Positions 49,151 to 61,554 of a stretch of 64,000 nt of DNA are shown in pieces. How positions within the stretch are numbered: the stretch's first letter is position 1; every line of letters starts with the position of its first letter. The DNA comes from Rhodanobacteraceae bacterium (GTDB lineage Bacteria; Pseudomonadota; Gammaproteobacteria; Xanthomonadales; Xanthomonadaceae): the NCBI GenBank assembly GCA_024233975.1, contig JACKOX010000005.1, positions 28,716 through 92,715 of the forward strand, read 5' to 3'. The notes under the pieces are model-generated. The model worked only from the letters and a program-made list of their open reading frames with translations. It was not told the DNA's origin and made no database searches. The position numbers and the translations under genes were made by a program.

Positions 49151-52100
49151 ATGAACAGGATTCGGGCGGGTGTTGTGGCATGGCTTTTACTGATGTTCGT
49201 CGGCTCGCAGGTCGCCAGCGCGGCGGCGACAGCCGAGCTCATCGGGTTCTCGCCGAGGGGCACGGTCAGGGACGTGCGTCAGGTCACCGCGCGATTCTCG
49301 GTGTCGATGGTGGCGCTGGGCGATCCGCGCCTTCCAGATCCCTTCAACATCGACTGCCCGGCAAGCGGCAAGGGTCGATGGGCCGATCCGACCAACTGGG
49401 TCTACGACTTTGATGAAGACCTGCCGGCAGGCCTGCGTTGCCGCTTCCGTTTGCGGGACGACCTGCGCACGGCCGACGGTCGCGCGGTAGCGCCGGCAGC
49501 AGTGGCCGAGTTCGATACCGGCGGACCGGCGATCAGGGCCTCGCTGCCGCGCGAAGGCAGCTACAGCGTCGATGAGCGCCAGGTGTTCATCCTCAAGCTG
49601 GATGCGCCGGCACTGGCCGATTCGATCACGGCGAACAGCTACTGCGCTGTGGATGGTCTGGCCGAGCAGATCCCGGTGGAGCTGGTCGTCGGCGATGAGC
49701 GCGAACACCTGTTGGCGGCGCGTCAGCAGATCGGGTTCGACCGCTTCTGGCTGCTGTGGAAGGACGGTGTGGTCGGCAGCGCACGGGTGCGCAACCCGCA
49801 ATGGCAGGGTGACGAAGACGACCTGGTGGTGCTGCGCTGCCGTCGTACCCTGCCACCGGCAACCCGGGTGGAGCTGGTCTGGGGCAGCGGTGTCAGCACG
49901 TCCTCCGGCCTCAAGACCCGCCAGGAGCAGCGTCTGGCCTTTCGCGTGCGACCGGCGTTCACCGCCAGCGTGGCATGCAGTCGCAGCAATGCGCGTGGTG
50001 GCTGCCTGCCGATGCTGCCGATCACGGTGCGGTTCAGTGCACCGGTGCCGCGCGCGCAGGCGATGGCGCTTCGACTGCGCGCATCGGATGGGACGCTGTT
50101 CAGTCCCAAGTCCGAGCAGGAAGCGGCGGCCGTGGTCGAGCAGGTGATGTTCGAGCCGCCGTTCCCCAGTCGTTCCACGCTGGTGGCGTTAATGCCCGAT
50201 GGCCTGCAGGACGACAGCGGACGAACGCTGGAGAATGCGGCGCGCTTTCCGCTCGACCTTCGCATCGACGCGTTCCCGCCGCTGGCCAAGTTCGCGGCCA
50301 AGTTCGGCATCCTAGAAGCCGGCGAGGGCGGCGTGCTGCCGGTGTCGCTGCGCAACCTCGATCCGCGCCCGGCAGGGGAGAAGCCGGCCGCGTCCAGTAG
50401 CGGTCAGGAACGTGCCGCTGTGCCCGCGCGCTCACTGAAGGTGGCGAACGATCCGACCTCGATCGCGGAGTGGCTGCGACGGGTCGACGTATCTGACCAG
50501 GGTCGTGGCGAATGGGTGGATGCGGAGCCATCCGAAGACGAATCCGAAGAGGGCAATGGTCGCGACCAGTGGCGCGAAGAAACCGGCAACCGCTCGGTCT
50601 TCACGGACGACGACCGGCCGAAGGCGTTCGAGATCAGTGCGCCAAGCGGTGCGATGCCGATGGAGGTCGTCGGCATTCCGCTGGAAGGGCGCGGTCTGCA
50701 CGTGGTGGAGCTGGAGTCGCGGCTGCTGGGCGAGTCGCTGTTGGGTCGTCCGGAATCGCGCTTCGTGGCCAGCGCCGCGCTGGTCACCAACCTGTCGGTG
50801 CACTTCAAGTGGGGTCGCGAGCGTTCGCTGGTGTGGGTCACCAGTCTCGATCAGGGCGAGCCGGTGGCCAATGCCGAGGTCGGTATCGTCAGCTACTGCA
50901 CCGGGCGCTCGTTGTGGCAGGGCCGCACCAACGCCGATGGCATTGCCAGCGTGGATGCGGAGTTGGGTTCGCCGCATGGCAGCAGCTATTGCCCCGAAGA
51001 TGACGACAACCCGCCGCTGCTGATCAGCGCGACCACCGCCGATGACTTCAGCTTCAACCTCAGCAGCTGGGCCGACGGCATCGGGCCTTCGCAGTTCGGT
51101 CTGCCGCAGGGCGGACCCTGGGAGCTGATGCTGGTCCACAGCGTGCTGGACCGCGCGCTGTTCCGCGCCGGCGAAATCGTATCGATGCAGCACTACCTGC
51201 GGCGTCACGACATGCAGGGCGTGCAGTTCGGCCTGATGCAGCCCGGGCCGCACAAGGTGGTGATCCGGCATGACGGCAGTGGGCAGGAGTTCAGCAGCAC
51301 GGTGGATTTCCGCGCCGATGGTACCGCCGATCAACAGTGGCCGATTCCAGCGGACGCCAAGCTCGGCGAATACAGCATCACGATCGAAGACGAGGAGGGG
51401 CAGGCTCACTACAGCGGCAGTTTCCGGGTCGAGGAATACCGGCTGCCGTCGATGCGTGCCAGCGTGACGGGGCCCGCCGCGCCGCTGGTGCGCGCCAAAC
51501 AGGCGGATCTGGATCTGCACGTGGCCTATCTGTCCGGCGGTGGCGCCTCGGGCATGGCGGTGAAGCTGCGCACGCTGGTCGAACAGCAGCCACAGCATTT
51601 CGCTGACTACGCTGACTACGAGTTTGGCGGTGAACCGGTGAAGGTTGGTCGATTCACCCAGGCCGACGGCGACGGTGATGAATCCGGTGACGATTCCGCG
51701 ACGGGCGTGCAGAAAGCACAGGTCATGCCGGTCACGCTGGATGCGGCCGGCTCGGCCCGCGTCAGCGTTTCCGACCTGCCGGACCTGCGCTCGCCAGCAC
51801 GACTGGTGGCAGAACTGGAGTACGCCGATGCCAACGGCGAAATTCTGACCACCAGTTCGCGCATCCGCCTGCTGCCGTCGGCGCTGAGCGTGGGCATCCG
51901 GCGAGAAGGCTGGGTGGCCAGTCCGGAGCAGGTCCGCTTCAAGGTCGTGGTGCTGGATCTGGACGGCAAGCCGAAGGCGAAACAGAAGGTCGACGTCGCG
52001 TTGTATTCAAGTGAAAGCTATAGCTACCGCAAGCGCATGATCGGCGGCTTCTATACCTACGACACCACCACTGAAACGCAGCGTCTGCCGGTGAGCTGCG

Positions 52101-55039
52101 AGGGCCGTACCGACAAGCAGGGGCTGTTGTCCTGCGAGGTCGCACCCGGCGTATCCGGGCAGGTGCTGATCCGCGCGGAGACGTCGGACAAGGACGGCAA
52201 CAGCAGCGGCGCGACCAGTTCGGTATGGGTGGTTGGCGACGACGACTGGTGGTTCGGCGGTACGGCGGGTGATCGCATGGACCTGCTGCCCGAGCGCAAG
52301 GACTACGAGAGCGGTGAGCGCGCACGTCTGCAGGTGCGCGTGCCGTTCCGCAAGGCCACCGCCCTGGTGACGGTCGAGCGCGAAGGTGTGCTCAGCGGCT
52401 TCGTGACCCGGCTGCGCGGACGCAAGCCAGTGGTTGATGTGCCGATTGAGGATCGCCATGCACCGAATGTGTTTGTGTCGGTGCTGGCGGTGCGAGGACG
52501 GGTGCCGCGAGCGGAACCGAAGCGCGACGATGCCGACACCGAGATCACTGGCCTGGTCGATCTGCGCAAGCCGGCGTATCGGCTGGGCATGGCCGAAATC
52601 AAGGTCGGCTGGAAGCCGCATCGGCTCGATGTGAAGGTGCAGCCGGATCGCAGCGAATACCGCGTGCGCGACACGGCGCGGATATCGCTGAAGGTGGCGC
52701 GCGCCGATGGCAGGCCGCTTCCACCGGACACCGAGTTGGCGCTGGCGGCGGTCGACGAGGCATTGCTGGAGCTGTCGCCCAATCCCAGCTGGAAGCTGCT
52801 CGACGCCATGATGGGCGAACGCGGTCTGGAGGTGTGGACATCGACCGCGCAGATGCAGGTGGTCGGCAAGCGTCACTATGGCCGCAAGGCAGTGCCACAT
52901 GGCGGTGGTGGCGGTCGCGAGGGTGATCGAGCACGCGAGCAGTTCGACAGCCTGTTGCTGTGGAGCGCGCGGGTCAAGGTTGATGCCGACGGGCAGGCCA
53001 AGGTCGACGTGCCGCTCAACGATTCGCTGTCGTCGTTCCGCATCGTTGCCATCGCTCATGCCGAAGCCGGTCTGTTCGGCACCGGCAGCGCCAGCGTGGC
53101 GACCACGCAGGATCTGATTCTGGTGTCCGGATTGCCGCCGGTGGTGCGCGAAGGTGATCGGTTCGACGCGACCTTCACCGTGCGCAACACCACCCGCCAG
53201 CCGCTCGACGTGACGCTGGATGCGGCTGTAGAACCCGCGCCGGATGGGGAGGCGCTGGCCGCGCAGTCGCTGCGCATTGGCGCCGGCGAGGCACGCGACG
53301 TGCGCTGGTCGGTGACGGTGCCGGTCGACCATCCCGCGCTGAAGTGGGACGTGCGCGTGCAGGGGACTGATCCCGAAGCCCGCGACCGCATGAAGATCGA
53401 GCAAAAAGTGATTCCGGCCTTTCCGGTCCGCACCTACCAGGCCACCATCACCCAGCTCACGCAGCCATGGTCGATGCCAGCGGCACTTCCGGCCGGCGCG
53501 ATTGCCGGTCGCGGCGGGCTGGAGGTGATGCTGCAGGACAAGCTCGGCGGCAGCCTCGACGGTGTTCGCGAATACATGCAGTGGTATCCCTACGTCTGCC
53601 TCGAGCAGAACCTGTCGCGCGCGGTGGCGCTTCGCGACCGCTCGATGTGGGATGCATGGATGGCGCGGCTGCCCGTCTACATGGACGGCGATGGCCTGTT
53701 GCGTTACTTCCCGACCGATCGTCTGCAGGGGGACGACACGCTCACCGCCTACGTGATGGCCATTGCCGATGAGGCGGGCTGGCCGTTGGGTGAGTCGAAT
53801 CAGCAAAAGCTGAGCACAGCGCTGAAAAGGTTCGTGGCCGGCAAGCTACGGCGTGATTCGGCGCTGGCGACCGCCGATCTCGGCATCCGCAAGCTGGCCG
53901 CCATCAATGCACTGTCGCGTTACGGCGATGCGAAGCCCGGCATGCTCGACAGCCTGCGGATCGAACCCAACCTGTGGCCGACATCGGCACTGATCGACTG
54001 GGCCGGCATTTTGAAACGCGTGCCGAAGATCGACAACGCCGCAGCACAGCGAAAGACGGCACTCGGCCTGCTGCGCGCGCGGCTCAACTTCCAGGGCACA
54101 GTGATGGGTTTCTCCACCGAGCGCAGCGATGGCCTGTGGTGGTTGATGGTGTCCGGCGATTCCAATGCCAACCGCATGCTGCTGACCGTGATGAACGAGG
54201 CGGACTGGGAACAGGACATTCCGCGACTGGTTCGCGGCAGCCTGTTCCGCCAGCATTTCGGGCACTGGAACACCACGGTGGCGAACGCCTGGGGCGTGAT
54301 GGCGATGGAGAAATTCTCCGCTGCGTTCGAATCAACGCCGGTGACCGGTGAAACCGTGATTGACTACGGCGATCAGTCGCGCACGCAGAACTGGGACGAC
54401 GATGCCAACGAAGTGCAGGCGGACGCAAAGGATTGGACCGAGCGCAACGAGGTCGACCTGCCGACCGAGGGCGTCCAGCTGCCATGGCAACCCGGTGAAC
54501 AGATGCTCAGCATCACCCATCAGGGCGAAGGCCGTCCGTGGGCAATGGTCCGTGCGACCGCCGCACTGCCGCTGGAGCAGCCCCTGTTCACCGGCTTTTC
54601 GATCAAGCGCAGCGTGACCGCCGTCGAACAGCAGCAGGTCGGGCGTTGGACCCGTGGCGACGTGGTTCGGATTCGACTGGAGCTGGATGCGCAGTCCGAC
54701 ATGAGCTGGGTCGTGGTCGACGATCCGGTGCCGGCCGGCTCGACGATCCTCGGCGGCGGCCTGGGTGGTCGTGGCTCGCTACTGGCCGCTGACGATAGCA
54801 GCGAGGGCTGGGCCTGGCTGGCCTATGAAGAGCGCCGCTTCGATGCCTACCGCGCCTACTATCGGTTTGTGCCAAAAGGAAAATGGAGCGTCGAGTACAG
54901 CGTTCGCCTGAACAATCCGGGCGAGTTCCTGCTGCCAGCGACGCGGGTCGAAGCGCTGTATGCGCCGGAGATGTTCGGTGAGCTGCCGAATCCGCTGTTC
55001 ACGGTCGACGCCAGTCCGACCTCGGCGGCCGCGCAATGA
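49151..55039 (+). CDS. Bacterial alpha-2-macroglobulin family protein (YfhM-like) with thioester motif
   Basis: 1962 aa from ATG 49151. Signal peptide without a lipobox Cys. Repeated MG domains. CLEQ thioester motif at 53597-53608 (YPYVCLEQNLS). Followed by pbpC. Confidence 0.9.
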   Translation: MNRIRAGVVAWLLLMFVGSQVASAAATAELIGFSPRGTVRDVRQVTARFSVSMVALGDPRLPDPFNIDCPASGKGRWADPTNWVYDFDEDLPAGLRCRFRLRDDLRTADGRAVAPAAVAEFDTGGPAIRASLPREGSYSVDERQVFILKLDAPALADSITANSYCAVDGLAEQIPVELVVGDEREHLLAARQQIGFDRFWLLWKDGVVGSARVRNPQWQGDEDDLVVLRCRRTLPPATRVELVWGSGVSTSSGLKTRQEQRLAFRVRPAFTASVACSRSNARGGCLPMLPITVRFSAPVPRAQAMALRLRASDGTLFSPKSEQEAAAVVEQVMFEPPFPSRSTLVALMPDGLQDDSGRTLENAARFPLDLRIDAFPPLAKFAAKFGILEAGEGGVLPVSLRNLDPRPAGEKPAASSSGQERAAVPARSLKVANDPTSIAEWLRRVDVSDQGRGEWVDAEPSEDESEEGNGRDQWREETGNRSVFTDDDRPKAFEISAPSGAMPMEVVGIPLEGRGLHVVELESRLLGESLLGRPESRFVASAALVTNLSVHFKWGRERSLVWVTSLDQGEPVANAEVGIVSYCTGRSLWQGRTNADGIASVDAELGSPHGSSYCPEDDDNPPLLISATTADDFSFNLSSWADGIGPSQFGLPQGGPWELMLVHSVLDRALFRAGEIVSMQHYLRRHDMQGVQFGLMQPGPHKVVIRHDGSGQEFSSTVDFRADGTADQQWPIPADAKLGEYSITIEDEEGQAHYSGSFRVEEYRLPSMRASVTGPAAPLVRAKQADLDLHVAYLSGGGASGMAVKLRTLVEQQPQHFADYADYEFGGEPVKVGRFTQADGDGDESGDDSATGVQKAQVMPVTLDAAGSARVSVSDLPDLRSPARLVAELEYADANGEILTTSSRIRLLPSALSVGIRREGWVASPEQVRFKVVVLDLDGKPKAKQKVDVALYSSESYSYRKRMIGGFYTYDTTTETQRLPVSCEGRTDKQGLLSCEVAPGVSGQVLIRAETSDKDGNSSGATSSVWVVGDDDWWFGGTAGDRMDLLPERKDYESGERARLQVRVPFRKATALVTVEREGVLSGFVTRLRGRKPVVDVPIEDRHAPNVFVSVLAVRGRVPRAEPKRDDADTEITGLVDLRKPAYRLGMAEIKVGWKPHRLDVKVQPDRSEYRVRDTARISLKVARADGRPLPPDTELALAAVDEALLELSPNPSWKLLDAMMGERGLEVWTSTAQMQVVGKRHYGRKAVPHGGGGGREGDRAREQFDSLLLWSARVKVDADGQAKVDVPLNDSLSSFRIVAIAHAEAGLFGTGSASVATTQDLILVSGLPPVVREGDRFDATFTVRNTTRQPLDVTLDAAVEPAPDGEALAAQSLRIGAGEARDVRWSVTVPVDHPALKWDVRVQGTDPEARDRMKIEQKVIPAFPVRTYQATITQLTQPWSMPAALPAGAIAGRGGLEVMLQDKLGGSLDGVREYMQWYPYVCLEQNLSRAVALRDRSMWDAWMARLPVYMDGDGLLRYFPTDRLQGDDTLTAYVMAIADEAGWPLGESNQQKLSTALKRFVAGKLRRDSALATADLGIRKLAAINALSRYGDAKPGMLDSLRIEPNLWPTSALIDWAGILKRVPKIDNAAAQRKTALGLLRARLNFQGTVMGFSTERSDGLWWLMVSGDSNANRMLLTVMNEADWEQDIPRLVRGSLFRQHFGHWNTTVANAWGVMAMEKFSAAFESTPVTGETVIDYGDQSRTQNWDDDANEVQADAKDWTERNEVDLPTEGVQLPWQPGEQMLSITHQGEGRPWAMVRATAALPLEQPLFTGFSIKRSVTAVEQQQVGRWTRGDVVRIRLELDAQSDMSWVVVDDPVPAGSTILGGGLGGRGSLLAADDSSEGWAWLAYEERRFDAYRAYYRFVPKGKWSVEYSVRLNNPGEFLLPATRVEALYAPEMFGELPNPLFTVDASPTSAAAQ

Positions 55040-57183
55040 TCCAACGCCGTCGCCGCGCGCTGGTTGCTCTGGCCTCGCTGCCGGCACTGGCGGTGCTGCT
55101 GTTTGCGCTGTGGCTGCGTTGGCCCCAGTCGGTGCCGACGTTCGACCAGGTACGCGACGCCTACCAGCCGTCCGAGGCGTTCCTGCTGGATCGCCATGGC
55201 CGTGTGCTGGACAGCGAACGGATCAATTTCGGTGTGCGTCGGTTCGCCTGGGTGCCGCTGGCGGACGTTTCTCCCGCGCTGGTGGACGCGGTGATTGCCG
55301 GTGAGGATCGACGCTTCTTACAGCACGGTGGTGTCGACGTTCGCGCCGTGCTGGCCGCGCTGCGTGACGGCGTGTTGCGCCAGCGCTGGCGTGGCGCCAG
55401 CACCATCAGCATGCAGCTGGCCTGGCTGCTGCATCGCCAGCGCGATGGCGATGCGCCGGCAAATCGACGACGCTCCTGGCGCGACAAGCTGGAACAGGTG
55501 CGGATGGCCTGGTCGCTCGAGGCAAGCTGGAGCAAGTCGCAGATCTTCGAGGCATATCTGAACCTGCTGTCCTACCGCGGCGAATGGCAGGGCATTGGTG
55601 CGGCGTCGTTCGCGCTTGCTGGCAAGGCGCCCTCCGGACTGACCACCGATGAAAGTGAGGTGCTGGCAGCGCTGCTCCCGGCACCTTCATCGGGCGCTGA
55701 TCGGGTGGCGCGGCGCGCCTGCGCGCGTGCACAGCTTCGCGATGCGCAGGCTTCCTGCGTGGCCATTGAGCAGGCCGCGGAACGGCTGCTGAGCGGACCT
55801 CGTGAGTCGCGAACATCGGTGCGACTGGCGCCACATCTGGCCCGGTCGCTGCTGCGCGTGCCCGGTGAGCGCCTGCAGACCACCCTGGATCGTGATCTGC
55901 AGCGACTGACCCTCGATCGCCTGCGCCTTCATCTTGCCGGTCTGGCTGATCGAAACGTGCGCGATGGTGCGGCGCTGATCATCGACAACCAAAGCGGCGA
56001 GGTGCTTGCCTACGTCGCTTCCGGCGGACCGAACTCTCGCGCCGCCGCGGTCGATGGCATTCGCGCGCATCGTCAGGCCGGCTCCACGCTGAAGCCGTTC
56101 CTCTACGAACTGGCAATCGAGCAGGGCTATTTGACCGCCGCCTCGCTGCTGGACGATTCTCCCATCAGCCTGGATACCGCCAGCGGCGCCTATCTGCCGC
56201 AGAACTATGATCGCGACTTCAAGGGTCTGGTCAGTGCGCGTACCGCGCTGGCGAGTTCGCTGAATATTCCTGCCGTGCGGACGCTGGTGCTGACCGGCGT
56301 GGAATCCTTTCGTGATCGTCTGGTGGCGCTGGGCTATGACGGCATCACCGAGGACGGCGCGTTTTACGGCTACTCACTGGCGCTGGGATCGGCGGAGGTG
56401 AGCCTGTGGGAGCAGGCGCAGGCCTTCCGAACGCTGGCTAGGGGCGGCCTGTGGTCGCCGCTGCGCGTATTGCCTCTGGAACCCGCCGAAGCCTTGGTTG
56501 ACAGTCGACGCGTGCTATCCGAAGACGCCGCGTTCGTGGTCGGCGACATGCTCAGCGACCGCGCCGCACGAGTTCTGACCTTCGGTCTCGGCAGCCACCT
56601 CAACACGCCGTTCTGGAGCGCGGTCAAGACCGGCACCAGCAAGGACATGCGCGACAACTGGTGCATCGGCTTCTCGGATCGCTACACCGTCGCCGTGTGG
56701 GTCGGCAACTTCGAGGGCGATGCCATGCAGGGCGTCAGCGGCGTGACCGGTGCTGGCCCGGTCTGGAACGATCTCATGTCGGCACTGCATGCGACGCTGC
56801 CGTCGAAGGCGCCGACGCCGCCGGCTGGCGTGGCGCAGCAATCGGTCAGTTTCGCCAATGCATTGGAGCCGCCGCGCAACGAATGGTTCTTGAATGGCAC
56901 CGGCATGCAGCGCATGACACCCGTGGCGCATCGTGAGCCGCGTATCGACAGTCCTCCGAATGGACTGATCATCGCGCTGGACCCGGATATTCCCGAACGC
57001 CTGCAGCGGGTGCGGATCAGCGCCAGCGACGGTAATGATCAGCTGCGTCTCAAGCTCAACGGCAATCTGCTCGGATCGGCCGCCACCGAAACCTTGTGGC
57101 GCCCAATTCGCGGCAGCCACCAGCTGGAACTGCAGGATCCGCAGGGAAAGGTACTCGACCGCGTGCTGTTCACGGTGCGCTAG
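55036..57183 (+). CDS. pbpC: Penicillin-binding protein 1C (bifunctional glycosyltransferase/transpeptidase)
   Basis: GT51 motif GEDRRFLQHGG. Transpeptidase motifs STLKP, SLN and KTGTS. C-terminal PBP1C-type domain. The ATG overlaps the A2M stop. Confidence 0.9.
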   Translation: MIQRRRRALVALASLPALAVLLFALWLRWPQSVPTFDQVRDAYQPSEAFLLDRHGRVLDSERINFGVRRFAWVPLADVSPALVDAVIAGEDRRFLQHGGVDVRAVLAALRDGVLRQRWRGASTISMQLAWLLHRQRDGDAPANRRRSWRDKLEQVRMAWSLEASWSKSQIFEAYLNLLSYRGEWQGIGAASFALAGKAPSGLTTDESEVLAALLPAPSSGADRVARRACARAQLRDAQASCVAIEQAAERLLSGPRESRTSVRLAPHLARSLLRVPGERLQTTLDRDLQRLTLDRLRLHLAGLADRNVRDGAALIIDNQSGEVLAYVASGGPNSRAAAVDGIRAHRQAGSTLKPFLYELAIEQGYLTAASLLDDSPISLDTASGAYLPQNYDRDFKGLVSARTALASSLNIPAVRTLVLTGVESFRDRLVALGYDGITEDGAFYGYSLALGSAEVSLWEQAQAFRTLARGGLWSPLRVLPLEPAEALVDSRRVLSEDAAFVVGDMLSDRAARVLTFGLGSHLNTPFWSAVKTGTSKDMRDNWCIGFSDRYTVAVWVGNFEGDAMQGVSGVTGAGPVWNDLMSALHATLPSKAPTPPAGVAQQSVSFANALEPPRNEWFLNGTGMQRMTPVAHREPRIDSPPNGLIIALDPDIPERLQRVRISASDGNDQLRLKLNGNLLGSAATETLWRPIRGSHQLELQDPQGKVLDRVLFTVR

Positions 57184-57435
57184 CATCGCGTTTCGAGGTT
57201 GAATCCACTTGGGGACATAGCCTCAGACATCGCCGGCCGCGTTTCTCTTGCTGGGGTTCGTGGCTGTCTATCTGAACGTCTCGAACCGTTACAAGGTCGG
57301 TTGGGAGGTGCCTCATGTCGCGACAGCGGGATTGCAAGGTGAAATGGCTGTCTGAGACCGTCGGTTTGCCGCGCCGGATCGACGGTGTTGTCGAGCGGCA
57401 TTCAGCCGAACGCCCAATCGATGGTGTCTTGCTCG

Positions 57436-58644
57436 ATGGCGTCTGATCCGCAATCGATGACGCGAACAAGGATCCCGCCCGCCATCTGGGTGCTGGGCTT
57501 CGTCAGCCTGTTGATGGACGTCTCGTCGGAGATGATCCACAGCCTGTTGCCGTTGTTCCTGGTGGGCTCGCTGGGTGCGAGCGCGTTGATGGTCGGGCTG
57601 ATCGAAGGCCTGGCCGAATCGACGGCGTTGATCGTCAAGGTGTTCTCGGGCGCGCTCAGCGATTACCTCGGTCGGCGCAAGGGGCTTGCGCTGTTCGGCT
57701 ATGGACTGGCGGCACTGACCAAACCGCTGTTCGCGATCGCGCCGACGACCGGCATCGTGCTGACGGCGCGGTTGCTGGATCGTGTCGGCAAGGGGGTGCG
57801 TGGTGCGCCACGCGATGCATTGATCGCCGACATCGCGCCCGCGAACGTGCGCGGCGCGGCGTTCGGGTTGCGGCAGTCGCTGGATACGGTGGGTGCTTTC
57901 GTGGGTCCGTTGCTGGCGGTCGGGCTGATGCTGCTCTGGGCCAATGATTTCCGCGCCGTGTTCTGGGTGTCCGTCATTCCCGGATTGCTGGCAGTGTCGC
58001 TGCTGCTGTTTGGCGTGCGTGAGCCGGAGCAGCATGTCGGCGAAAGGCGTGCCAATCCAATTCGGCGCGAGAACCTGAAGCGACTGAATCCAGCGTACTG
58101 GTGGGTCGTTGCTGTTGGTGCAGCGTTTGCGCTGGCGCGCTTCAGCGAGGCATTCCTGGTGCTGCGAGCCCAGCAGGGTGGCGTTGCCGTGGCACTGGTG
58201 CCGCTGGTGATGGTGGCCATGAACGTGGTCTACGCGGCGTCGGCGTATCCGTTCGGGCGTTTGTCGGATCGCATCAACCGGAAGTCGTTGCTGGCCTGGG
58301 GCCTGCTGGTGCTGGTCGCCGCTGATCTGGTTCTGGCGATGGGCAATTACTGGACGACCGTTCTCGCAGGCGTCGCGCTGTGGGGCATCCACATGGGCAT
58401 GACGCAGGGCCTGCTGGCGACGCTGGTGGCGGACACGGCGCCGGCCGACCTGCGCGGCACGGCGTTCGGCGTGTTCAACCTGGTCAGTGGCATCGCGCTG
58501 CTGCTTGCCAGCGCGATGGCGGGACTGCTCTGGGATCAGTTCGGCGCGGCGGCGACCTTCCATGCCGGCGCGGCGTTTTCGGTGATCGCGCTCATCGGCC
58601 TGCTCGCCAGGCGACAGGGCAGGGGCCGCGTCGCGCGAAGGTGA
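57436..58644 (+). CDS. MFS transporter
   Basis: About 12 hydrophobic segments. MFS loop motif GALSDYLGRRKG. The start is chosen by TM topology and is uncertain. Confidence 0.75.
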   Translation: MASDPQSMTRTRIPPAIWVLGFVSLLMDVSSEMIHSLLPLFLVGSLGASALMVGLIEGLAESTALIVKVFSGALSDYLGRRKGLALFGYGLAALTKPLFAIAPTTGIVLTARLLDRVGKGVRGAPRDALIADIAPANVRGAAFGLRQSLDTVGAFVGPLLAVGLMLLWANDFRAVFWVSVIPGLLAVSLLLFGVREPEQHVGERRANPIRRENLKRLNPAYWWVVAVGAAFALARFSEAFLVLRAQQGGVAVALVPLVMVAMNVVYAASAYPFGRLSDRINRKSLLAWGLLVLVAADLVLAMGNYWTTVLAGVALWGIHMGMTQGLLATLVADTAPADLRGTAFGVFNLVSGIALLLASAMAGLLWDQFGAAATFHAGAAFSVIALIGLLARRQGRGRVARR

Positions 58645-58652
58645 TCGGGAGG

Positions 58653-59195
58653 TCAGGCGTCCTTGAGATGAACCGGTGTGAGCGTCACGCTGGCGACATC
58701 GCCAATGAGCTGGACTTCGCCATCCTGGATCAGGCACTGCAGCTGCACGTTGCGTGCATACAGTCCGGGCAGGGCCTCGACGGCATCGGCGGGGATTTCC
58801 AGCACGGACAGGTTTGCGTGGCGCGCCAGCTGTCCGCCGTTCTTCTCCCACCAGATCGAAAAGGCGCGGCCGCCATAGCCGATCACGATCACTTCACGAG
58901 CACGGCCGCAGGCTTTTCGGATTCGGGATTCGTCGGGTTGTCCGAGATCGATCCACTGTTCGATCTCGCCATCCAGCGAGGTTCGCCACAGGTCCGGTTC
59001 GTCGCCGCTGCTGACGCCACGCCCGAAGGTAAGTCGTTCGTCGGCGAACAGAGCGAAGGCAAGTAGCCGAACCATCAGGCGCAGGTCGGTTTCCGAGGGG
59101 TGCTGCGCCAACGTGAGGTCGTGGCTGGCGTAATAGTGCCGGTCCATGTCGCTGACCTGCAGTCCGGCCTTGATGACTGTGGCTTTGAGGGCCAT
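58653..59195 (-). CDS. yaeQ: YaeQ family protein
   Basis: MALKATVIKAGLQVSDMDRHYY...LTLAQHPSETDLRLMVRLLAF is typical of the YaeQ N-terminus. Confidence 0.8.
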   Translation of the reverse strand: MALKATVIKAGLQVSDMDRHYYASHDLTLAQHPSETDLRLMVRLLAFALFADERLTFGRGVSSGDEPDLWRTSLDGEIEQWIDLGQPDESRIRKACGRAREVIVIGYGGRAFSIWWEKNGGQLARHANLSVLEIPADAVEALPGLYARNVQLQCLIQDGEVQLIGDVASVTLTPVHLKDA

Positions 59196-59351
59196 CGCTT
59201 TTTCCATGCTCGTCGAGGGAGCCGAGTGTAAGCGAGCATCGCGTCGCACGGCCGGGTTCAATGGCGAGCGACTTTGCGCGGGATCAAATCAGCCGGTATC
59301 CCCATGCGGCACAGTGGCATGGCGTCATCGCCGAATGCCTCGGTAAGATGA

Positions 59352-61269
<1,918 letters not shown>

Positions 61270-61273
<4 letters not shown>

Positions 61274-61554
61274 CCGCGTCGCCGAAGCCGCCGGACAGGC
61301 TCGACCAGGCCGTGCAGCAGCGCGAGGCACGTCGCGAGATGTGGCGCCGCGAGGGTGAGCGCTCCGTGGCGCAGAACCTGGCGATGATCGGTGCCCTGGG
61401 CTGGACCGTGGTCACGCCTACGCTGCTGGGCGTGTTCGGTGGTCGCTGGCTCGACCGGCATTTCGATTCCGGCCTGTTCTGGACGCTGGGCCTGCTGACG
61501 GTAGGTCTGGCCGCCGGCTGCTACCTTGCCTGGAAACGCTTGCTGCACGATTGA
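61270..61554 (+). CDS. atpQ: AtpQ (AtpI/AtpZ-like small membrane subunit of N-ATPase operons)
   Basis: 94 aa with two TM segments after a charged N-terminus. Position and overlaps fit the N-ATPase operon. Confidence 0.65.

Noticed and set aside
48864-49181. 105-aa minus-strand ORF in the spacer between tRNA-Val and the A2M gene.
   Set aside because: No RBS and no recognisable motif. It overlaps the tRNA terminator and the A2M start. It is probably non-coding spacer, though the region is lower in GC and could be a degraded remnant.
51602-51619. Direct 9-nt tandem duplication gctgactac x2 inside the A2M gene.
   Set aside because: It simply encodes ADYADY in frame. It is a trivial micro-duplication, not a repeat array.
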